The position numbers were made by a program, and so were the translations under genes. The notes beneath the pieces are model-generated. The model saw nothing but the letters and a program-made list of their open reading frames with translations, ran no database searches and was not told the DNA's origin. Below, piece by piece: positions 1 through 6,364 of a DNA stretch of 19,397 nucleotides (position 1 is its first letter; every line of letters begins with the position of its first letter). This stretch comes from a bacterium (GTDB lineage: Bacteria; Hydrothermota; Tepidihabitantia; Tepidihabitantales; Tepidihabitantaceae): positions 1-19,397 of the forward strand of contig JAWOHE010000026.1 of NCBI GenBank assembly GCA_046485285.1, given 5' to 3'.

Positions 1-12
1 CGCCGGGCCGGG

Positions 13-41
13 TTGACGAGCCGGGCCGAAGGACATAGAAT
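13..41 (+). promoter_or_regulatory. sigma70-type promoter, TTGACG-17-TAGAAT, 8 nt upstream of ATG 50 (leaderless-type)
   Basis: Hexamers at 13-18 and 36-41; no Shine-Dalgarno between the -10 and the ATG. Confidence 0.7.
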
Positions 42-49
42 AGGTTCTT

Positions 50-1831
50 ATGCTGTCAACAATCCGTAAGCGCGTGCGCATCGTGATGATAATCGTCGCG
101 GTTGCCTTCGTGGCCGGTTTCCTGCTCGGCGAGCTCTGGACCGTGCTCCGCAGCCGGGGCCGGGGTGACGACCCCCGCGCCCGGGGAATCGTCGGCCGGG
201 TCGGCGACCACCAGGTGACCGAGACCGAGTACCGGGGCGCGGTCGCCTACGCGACCGACCGCTACAAGCAGGAAAACGGGCTCCGGGACCTCGCAAACCA
301 GGACTACGAGGCAATCGAGAACCGCGCCTGGCAGTGGCTGACCACCGAGCTGACATGGGCCGGGCTGATGGAGAAGACCGGGGTGACCATCACCGAGGAG
401 GAGGTGGTCCAGATAATGCGGGCGAACCCGCCTGAAGACATTCGCAACAACCCGGAGCTCCGCGACTCGGCCGGCAACTTCGACCACGAGCGTTATCTGG
501 CGGCGATGAACCAGCAGCAGAACCAGCCGTACTTTGCCCGTTACTTCCAGGAGCTCGCCGAGATGCTTCCCAAGGAGAAGCTCCGCATCGATATGGCCTC
601 GAGCTTCCGGATAACACCCGGCGAGCTGGAGCATGCCCGTCGCACCGACGGCCGGCGCGTGCAGGTTACCTCGCTCTACTTCGGCCAACGCCTGCTCGAC
701 CCACCGGTCGAGGTTACCGACGAGGAAGCGCGGCAGTACTTCGAAACTCACCGGGACGAGTTCAAGCCCAAGGCAACGCGCCAGCTCAACTACGTCAGCT
801 TCCCGCGTCAGGTTTCCGCCGCCGATTCGGCCGAGGCGGCGCAGGCGATTGGCCGCGCGGCGGCCCAGCTCGAGGCGGGCGAGAGCTTCAACCTGACGAT
901 GCTCGACTTCTCCGACCTTGTGCCCGATACCGCTGGCGTGCGCGCCGCCCGCTCGCGGCTTGACCCCGCGACCGACTCGGTCATCAGGACACTCAAGCCG
1001 GGCCAGCATTCTGGCCCGTTTCTCGCGCCCTACGGCTGGCAGATCGTCGCGCTCGACAGTATCACCGAGGATACCGCCGTACTGCGGAGAATCCTCGTCC
1101 GGGTCAAACTGAGCGGTGAGTCCTTCGGCCGGGTTCGGGACGAAGTCGAGAGCTTCCTGGAGTTCGTCGCTGACGCCGGGCTTGAATCACTCGCAGCAGC
1201 CCGCGGACTCCGAGTCAGCAGGCTTCGGCCGCTCGTTGGCGATGAACCTGAGGTCGGCGGGCTCGACCTCGTCAACCCGGCCGCAGTCGCCGACTGGGCG
1301 CTACGGGCGAAGCCCGGCGACGTGATGCCGACCCCGGCCCGCAGCGCGGCCGGTGGCTACTACGTGTTCCAGCTCGCCGAGTATCGGCCTGCGGTGGTGC
1401 CGGAGTTTGAGGAGGTCAAGCGTCAGGCTACCTGGCGGGCCCGTCAAGAGAAGGAGAAGGCGGTCTGGAACGCCCGGGCCCGCGAGGTGCTGGCCGAGAT
1501 CCGCGCCGGCCGGCCGCTCGAGCAGTTTGCGGGCGAGGAGTCGCGCATCGACATTTCGACCGAGCCCTTCGAGGGGATCCAGGACTGCCGGCGACGAAAG
1601 GGCCCGGAGTTCGCGGGCGCCGTGAAGGGGCTTGACCCCGGGCAGATTTCCGGGGTGGTCGAGACCGGCTGGGGCGCCTTCATCGTCCGACTCGATGCCG
1701 AGGGCGAAGTCGAGGGCTTCGACGTCGAGGAGATTGCCCGCCAGCGGCAGGAGGAGATTGCCCAGCAGGTGATGCGGGAACTGGTCGAGGCGCCGGAGGT
1801 CAAAGACTACCGGGACGTGCCGGCGTACTAG
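50..1831 (+). CDS. PpiD/SurA-like membrane-anchored periplasmic chaperone / peptidyl-prolyl isomerase (SurA N-terminal domain plus degenerate parvulin domains)
   Basis: 593 aa; N-terminal MLSTIRK plus TM helix; GRVGDHQVT; NFDHERY; parvulin-like LKPGQHSGPFLAPYGWQIV and LDPGQISGVVETGWGAFIV. Confidence 0.85.
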   Translation: MLSTIRKRVRIVMIIVAVAFVAGFLLGELWTVLRSRGRGDDPRARGIVGRVGDHQVTETEYRGAVAYATDRYKQENGLRDLANQDYEAIENRAWQWLTTELTWAGLMEKTGVTITEEEVVQIMRANPPEDIRNNPELRDSAGNFDHERYLAAMNQQQNQPYFARYFQELAEMLPKEKLRIDMASSFRITPGELEHARRTDGRRVQVTSLYFGQRLLDPPVEVTDEEARQYFETHRDEFKPKATRQLNYVSFPRQVSAADSAEAAQAIGRAAAQLEAGESFNLTMLDFSDLVPDTAGVRAARSRLDPATDSVIRTLKPGQHSGPFLAPYGWQIVALDSITEDTAVLRRILVRVKLSGESFGRVRDEVESFLEFVADAGLESLAAARGLRVSRLRPLVGDEPEVGGLDLVNPAAVADWALRAKPGDVMPTPARSAAGGYYVFQLAEYRPAVVPEFEEVKRQATWRARQEKEKAVWNARAREVLAEIRAGRPLEQFAGEESRIDISTEPFEGIQDCRRRKGPEFAGAVKGLDPGQISGVVETGWGAFIVRLDAEGEVEGFDVEEIARQRQEEIAQQVMRELVEAPEVKDYRDVPAY

Positions 1832-1838
1832 CGCTTCG

Positions 1839-1866
1839 TTGACAACCGGGCCGGTCGCGGTAGATT
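1839..1866 (+). promoter_or_regulatory. tRNA operon promoter, TTGACA-16-TAGATT
   Basis: Consensus -35 at 1839-1844 and -10 at 1861-1866, just upstream of tRNA-Glu. Confidence 0.7.
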
Positions 1867-1879
1867 TAGCCGGAGTGAT

Positions 1880-1952
1880 GGCCCCATCGTCTAGCGGTTC
1901 AGGACATCACTCTTTCAAGGTGAAGACACGGGTTCGACTCCCGTTGGGGCCG
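1880..1952 (+). tRNA. tRNA-Glu(TTC)
   Basis: Acceptor GGCCCCA/TGGGGCC; anticodon TTC at 1914-1916; T-loop TTCGACT; CCA not encoded. Confidence 0.95.
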
Positions 1953-1958
1953 GACTTT

Positions 1959-2031
<73 letters not shown>

Positions 2032-2043
2032 CTCGAGGACAGG

Positions 2044-2077
2044 CGAAGGGCCGACCGTCACGCGGTCGCGCCCTTCG
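2044..2077 (+). other. Inter-tRNA GC-rich hairpin
   Basis: CGAAGGGC-CGACCG / CGGTCG-C-GCCCTTCG; no U-tract, so more likely a processing spacer than a terminator. Confidence 0.5.
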
Positions 2078-2090
2078 ACCGTCCGCGCGC

Positions 2091-2162
2091 GGCGGCATAG
2101 CCAAGCAGTAAGGCGGCGGTCTGCAAAACCGCTATACCCGGGTGCAAATCCCGGTGCCGCCT
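2091..2162 (+). tRNA. tRNA-Cys(GCA) with atypical D- and T-loops
   Basis: Acceptor GGCGGCA/TGCCGCC, discriminator U; anticodon arm GCGGT-CTGCAAA-ACCGC; T-loop TGCAAAT. Confidence 0.92.
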
Positions 2163-2218
2163 CTCCGACCGGCGCCGGCTCCCTTGTCATCGGCCGGCTT
2201 TCTGTTAACCTGATTCGC

Positions 2219-2304
2219 GCCGGGGTGGCGGAATTGGCAGACGCAGGGGACTTAAAATCCCCTGGCCCCTCCGGGCCGTGCCGGTTCAACCCCGGCCCCC
2301 GGCA
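2219..2304 (+). tRNA. tRNA-Leu(TAA)
   Basis: Acceptor GCCGGGG/CCCCGGC, discriminator A; GGGGA-CTTAAAA-TCCCC; long variable arm. Confidence 0.95.
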
Positions 2305-2352
2305 TCGTCGCGCGACCGGCCGCGGGTCGGTCGCTGTCGAACCGGGTCCTGC

Positions 2353-2425
2353 GGGCCGTTAGCTCAGCTGGCAGAGCACCTGATTTTTAATCCGGTGGCC
2401 GCAGGTTCGAATCCTGCACGGCCCA
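2353..2425 (+). tRNA. tRNA-Lys(TTT), with one anticodon-stem mismatch
   Basis: Acceptor GGGCCGT/ACGGCCC; CCTGA-TTTTTAA-TCCGG; T-arm GCAGG-TTCGAAT-CCTGC. Confidence 0.88.
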
Positions 2426-2433
2426 GTCAGGCA

Positions 2434-2468
2434 GATTGCAGATTGCGGATTGCTGATTGAAGATTGAG
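2434..2468 (+). repeat. Tandem heptamer array (GATTGnn) x5
   Basis: GATTGCA GATTGCG GATTGCT GATTGAA GATTGAG, running into the RBS GAGGAG. Confidence 0.9.
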
Positions 2469-2479
2469 GAGCGTGTCGG

Positions 2480-2860
2480 ATGACGCGGGATGAGTTCCGA
2501 CGAAGGACGAAGACGCTGGCGCTGGAGGTCATCAGGCTGACCGACACCCTGCCGCGCGGCCGGGCGACAGACGTGATTGCCCGGCAGTTGTTGCGCTCGG
2601 CGACGTCGGTCGGCGCGAACTACTGCGCCGCCTGCCGGTACCGGTCTGCGGCGGATATGGTCGCCAAGTTGAGCATAGTGCTGGAAGAGGCCGACGAAAC
2701 ACACTTCTGGCTTGAGCTCCTCCGTGACGGTGGCTTCGTACCAGCCCGGGTTGTCACCCCGCTTCTCGCCGAGACGAACGAGATTGTAGCGATGACGGTC
2801 GCGTCGATCAAGACCCTTCGCGAGCGTCTGCGCCGGCAATCGCAACTCGGCAATCAGTAA
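2480..2860 (+). CDS. Four-helix-bundle protein (23S rRNA IVS protein / Avd-like family)
   Basis: 126 aa; family motif QLLRSATSVGANY...A.R.RS..D...KL.IVLEEADET.FWLELL; RBS GAGGAG. Confidence 0.93.
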   Translation: MTRDEFRRRTKTLALEVIRLTDTLPRGRATDVIARQLLRSATSVGANYCAACRYRSAADMVAKLSIVLEEADETHFWLELLRDGGFVPARVVTPLLAETNEIVAMTVASIKTLRERLRRQSQLGNQ

Positions 2861-2862
2861 TC
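2835..2862 (-). repeat. Inverted, degenerate copy of the heptamer array overlapping the end of the gene
   Basis: GGCAATC GCAACTC GGCAATC AGTAATC, the reverse complement of GATTGnn units. Confidence 0.7.
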
Positions 2863-2907
2863 GACGATTACCCTCCCCGGTCGCAGGTAGAGCCGCGGAC
2901 GGCAGAG

Positions 2908-2923
2908 CGAATCCTGCACGGCC
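2908..2923 (+). repeat. 16-bp direct repeat of the tRNA-Lys 3' end (att-like)
   Basis: CGAATCCTGCACGGCC, identical at 2408-2423 and 2908-2923. Confidence 0.85.
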
Positions 2924-3036
2924 GACTTCATCCAGCTCGCGCTGACGCGGACCTGCTCTCGCAGTCACAAGGCCCCGGTTCTCCCGCACCGACCGACGGC
3001 CGCAGGACCCCCCCCGGTCATCTCGAACTACACCCC

Positions 3037-3098
3037 GCAGGCCCGCCTGCACGCGACGCGCGGGCAGGCCCGCCTGCGCGACGCGCGGGAAGGCCCGC
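3037..3098. repeat. Two degenerate tandem copies of the CCCGCCTGC...GGGCAGG hairpin element
   Basis: GCAGGCCCGCCTGC(AC)GCGACGCGCGGG(C/A)AGGCCC, twice. Confidence 0.75.
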
Positions 3099-3289
3099 AG
3101 GTAATCGGCAATCAGCCCCAGCGCCGGGCACCCCACCCGGCCGCGCTCAAGCCGGCTGAGGTGCGGGTAGAAGCCAGGCTCGCGACCCATCTGCTGCGCC
3201 AGCTCGACCAGACTCAGCCCGGCCCGAAGCCGCAACCCGCGTAACGCCGCACCCGGCGCAACCGTCTCGCCCGGGCAGAAACCAGCCAC
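3092..3289 (-). pseudogene. Truncated XRE/Cro-C1 family helix-turn-helix regulator
   Basis: GAALRGLRLRAGLSLVELAQQMG...HLSRLERGRVGCPALGLIADYLRA is a typical XRE HTH; recognisable sequence stops at the repeat insertion, and the rest of the 300-aa ORF is antisense read-through. Confidence 0.7.
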
Positions 3290-3635
3290 CTTCGCATTAC
3301 TATCCGTAACCTATGTTAGTAGAAGCTAACGGCCCGGCCAATCGCGAAATCGCCGCAATCGATTGAAAAATCAGCACTTCATTCATCTCCGAATTTACCC
3401 CCTCCCCCATACCCCCTACCGTACCCCCTACCGTAGGGGGTACGGTAGGGGGTATGGGGGAGGGGGTAAATTCAGAGGCGAATGAAGTTCTGGCTTTTCA
3501 ATCGATTATGACGATTTAGCGATTGACCGGGCCGTTAGTTTCTACTTACATAGGCTACGGGTAGTGATGCGAAGGTGGCTGGCTTCAGGCCGGGATAGAC
3601 GGTTGCGCCGGGTGCGGCGTCACGCGGGTTGCGGC
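3229..3635. repeat. Giant inverted repeat, 203-bp ungapped arms centred on base 3432
   Basis: Position p pairs with 6864-p; 3391-3431/3433-3473 is perfect; 22 mismatches over the 203 pairs by manual count. Confidence 0.97.
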
Positions 3636-3749
3636 GGCGGGTCCGGGAGCGGAGCCGAGGAGGAAGGCGCAAAGGGCGCGAGGAAGGAAGGGGAGGAGGG
3701 AAGGGACGAAGGCAGAGCGCGGAAGCTAGAAGGGCGGAAGTGGCGGAGA

Positions 3750-3797
3750 GGGATTTCTCCACTCCGGCCTCGAAGGCCGTCGGTCGAAATGACCGGG
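3750..3797. repeat. REP/MITE-like half element, GGATTTCTCC...CGGTCGAAATGAC
   Basis: Resembles GTCATT-tagged palindromic repeats; internal hairpin CGGCCT-CGA-AGGCCG; its end matches 3013-3026 in inverted orientation. Confidence 0.5.
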
Positions 3798-3883
3798 CGG
3801 GGCCCAGGTCGCCGCTGGGCGAGGTGACGGGCACGCTTGGTGCCCAGTGTGTCCGGCCCGGCCGCGCGTCTGCCCCGGTCGGG

Positions 3884-5050
3884 CTAGAAATTCGAGTGCG
3901 CGAAGAACTCGCGGGTGAGCGCCGCGAGCATCTCGCCGCGGCGGTCGTAGAGCCGGCGGAGCTTGCGACGCTTGTGCCGGGCGAGCGCGTAGTGGGTGAG
4001 CACCGGCAGGGCGATGGTCGAGTCGGCGTAGCAGACGACCGCGTCGGGCAGGCGGTCCGGGTCGACCTTGCCCCAGCTCACCGCCTCGCTCGGCGTCGCG
4101 CCGGAGAGGCCGCCGGTGTCGGGCCGGGCGTCGGTGACTTGGAAGAAGTAGTCCTGGCCGAGTTCCTTGATCATCAGCACTTCCTGGATCTGGGGCTCGG
4201 TCTGGAGCATGAAGTTCTTGGGGCTGCCGCCGCCGACGAGGACGACCGCGTGCTTCCCACCCGAGCGCTTGGCGGCGAGGACGTAGCTGGTCGTCTCGTT
4301 GACGTCGATTGACGGGTTGATGCGGAGCTTGAGGCCCTTGAGCTCGAGGCCGGCGATGTTCATCCCGATCGTCGAGTCGCCGGGCGATGAGGTGTGGACC
4401 GGCACGCCGGCGCGCCAGGCCGCGGCGAGGACCGAGACGTCGCGGTTGCCGCTCTTCTTCTCCCACTCGGCGGCATAGCGGCCGAGCAGCCAGTAGAACT
4501 CGGCGGTGCCCATCTCCCTCTGGAACTCGGGCCGGACGAGGATCGAGCGGAGAATCTTGTCGGTTTCCATCAGGCAGTCGGTGTAGCCGAGCAGGACGTC
4601 GTAGATCCGGACGACGTCGTTCTTCCGGAGGTCGGTGTCGTCGAGCAGCGGCGAGCCGACGTGGAGCGGCAGGTTGAAGGCGAAGTGGAGGTCGTGGTAC
4701 ATGTTCGCGCCGGTGGCGACGAGCCAGTCGACGAAGCCGGCCTTGATGAGCGGGACGACGCAGGAACAGCCGAGCCCGGCCGGCGTCAGCGCGCCGGCGA
4801 GGCTCATCCCGACCGTGACGTCGGGCTCGAGCATCTTCCCGGCGAAGAGCCGGCAGCCCTCGCGCAGGCGGGCGGCGTTGTAGGCGAGGAAGGTCTCGTC
4901 AACGAGCGCGGCGAGGCTCTCGCGGCCGGTGATTGCCCGCGGCCGGATGCGCCGGCCGGACAGGTAGGCGGACTTGCGCGGGCAGTTGCGCCGGCGGAGC
5001 CATTCCGGGACCTCGGAGAGGTCCTTGCGGGCGCGGCGGGTCTTCTTCAC
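3884..5050 (-). CDS. speY: Deoxyhypusine-synthase-like protein (SpeY-type, homospermidine biosynthesis)
   Basis: [39 protein letters not shown], and [16 protein letters not shown] retaining the catalytic Lys; GTG start with RBS GGAGG. Confidence 0.85.
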   Translation of the reverse strand: MKKTRRARKDLSEVPEWLRRRNCPRKSAYLSGRRIRPRAITGRESLAALVDETFLAYNAARLREGCRLFAGKMLEPDVTVGMSLAGALTPAGLGCSCVVPLIKAGFVDWLVATGANMYHDLHFAFNLPLHVGSPLLDDTDLRKNDVVRIYDVLLGYTDCLMETDKILRSILVRPEFQREMGTAEFYWLLGRYAAEWEKKSGNRDVSVLAAAWRAGVPVHTSSPGDSTIGMNIAGLELKGLKLRINPSIDVNETTSYVLAAKRSGGKHAVVLVGGGSPKNFMLQTEPQIQEVLMIKELGQDYFFQVTDARPDTGGLSGATPSEAVSWGKVDPDRLPDAVVCYADSTIALPVLTHYALARHKRRKLRRLYDRRGEMLAALTREFFAHSNF

Positions 5051-5059
5051 GCTGCCTCC

Positions 5060-6235
5060 TCAGGGGATGAGCACCGCCTTCGCGGGCGGGATGCCGTTGA
5101 AGCGGGTCGCGTGGGCGATCGAGTACGCGCCGATGTTGCGGGCATAGACGAGGTCGCCGATGCCGAGCTCGGGCATCTCCTCGGAGTTGGAGATGATGTC
5201 GAGCGAGTCGCAGGTCGGGCCGGCGAGGGTGGTCAGGAACGGCGGACCCTTGCGCAGGGTCTCGAACTGGTAGCGGGCGTGGTCAAAGATGATTCCGGAG
5301 AGGCAGCCGTAGACGCCGTCGTCGAGGTAGTACCAGTGTTTGTTGTTGCGGATCGACCGGCCGATGACCGAGGTGACGAGGATGGCCGACGGCCCGGCGA
5401 TGGCGCGACCGGGCTCGGCGATGATCCGGACCGGGGGCGGGAAGAGCCGGTCGAGCTCCATGTTCAGGACCGGCGCCATCGTCGCGAGCCAGTCTTCGTC
5501 GGTGTCGAAGTGGCGAATCGGGAAGCCGCCGCCGATGTCGACCATCGAGAGATCGAGGCCCTTCTGGGCGGCGTCGACGAGGATGAGCTTGGCTAGCTCG
5601 AAGGCCTCGAGGTAGTTGTCGCCGTGGGTGCACTGCGAGCCGACGTGGAAGCTGACGCCGACCGGGTTGAGCCCCATCCGCCGCGCCCGGACCAGCAGCG
5701 GCACGGCGTCGCCCGGGTCGGTGCCGAACTTGAGCGACAGCTCGACGACCGAGCCGACGTTGGGGACCTTGATGCGGACGAGGACGCTCGCGCCGGGCGC
5801 CCAGCGGGCGATTTTCTGGAGCTCGTACTCGGAGTCGAAGGTCGTCGTTGTCACGCCGGCCTTGCGGGCGCGGCGGATGGCGTCCGGCTTCTTCATCGTG
5901 TTGGCGTAGAGCAGGCGCTCGGGGTTCGCGCCGGCCTCGAGCAGCCACTCGATCTCCGGCATCGAGGCGACGTCGAAGCCGAGCCCGGCGCCGACCAGCA
6001 GCTTGAGGATGTGCGGGTTCGGGTTGGCCTTGACCGCGTACCACGGCTCGACGCGGGGCAGGAGCGCGCGGAAGCGCGCGACCTGGTCGAGCAGGATGGT
6101 CTTCGATATCACGAACAGCGGGGTGCCGTGCTTCCTCGTCAGCGCGGGCAGTGAGCCGACGAGCTGCTGCCGGTAGGCCTTGGTCGCGCGCGGGGCCGGC
6201 GGCCGCACGCGGATGTGGGCGGCGATGTTCTTCAT
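5060..6235 (-). CDS. PLP-dependent ornithine (or lysine/ornithine) decarboxylase, alanine-racemase fold
   Basis: YAVKANP (PLP Lys), GFDVAS, KFG, SFHVGSQC, DIGGGF, EPGR, DDGVYG, GPTCDSLD, GAYS; ATG 6235 preferred over TTG 6250. Confidence 0.92.
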   Translation of the reverse strand: MKNIAAHIRVRPPAPRATKAYRQQLVGSLPALTRKHGTPLFVISKTILLDQVARFRALLPRVEPWYAVKANPNPHILKLLVGAGLGFDVASMPEIEWLLEAGANPERLLYANTMKKPDAIRRARKAGVTTTTFDSEYELQKIARWAPGASVLVRIKVPNVGSVVELSLKFGTDPGDAVPLLVRARRMGLNPVGVSFHVGSQCTHGDNYLEAFELAKLILVDAAQKGLDLSMVDIGGGFPIRHFDTDEDWLATMAPVLNMELDRLFPPPVRIIAEPGRAIAGPSAILVTSVIGRSIRNNKHWYYLDDGVYGCLSGIIFDHARYQFETLRKGPPFLTTLAGPTCDSLDIISNSEEMPELGIGDLVYARNIGAYSIAHATRFNGIPPAKAVLIP

Positions 6236-6244
6236 TTCAGCGCC

Positions 6245-6348
6245 ATTCAAACAGAAGCGGGCGGGAAGTCAAGCGGAATCGGGCCGGTCGGAGCGGGAGG
6301 AGGCCCGGCTTCCCCCGCGCTTGACCGCCGGCAGGACCGGCCTACACT
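6245..6348. promoter_or_regulatory. Divergent promoters: minus strand TTGACT-16-TTGAAT (6272-6245, weak -10); plus strand TTGACC-16-TACACT (6321-6348)
   Basis: Hexamer matches upstream of the two divergent genes. Confidence 0.55.
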
Positions 6349-6364
6349 CGGGGCAGGCGGAACA

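Noticed and set aside
2387-3289. 300-aa ORF as a full-length protein
   Set aside because: Only the first ~66 codons look like an HTH; the rest runs through repeats and antisense to the four-helix gene and tRNA-Lys
2480-3635. Diversity-generating retroelement (Avd-like gene plus repeats)
   Set aside because: No reverse transcriptase and no direct TR/VR pair with adenine-specific mismatches; the long repeat is inverted and its mismatches involve all bases
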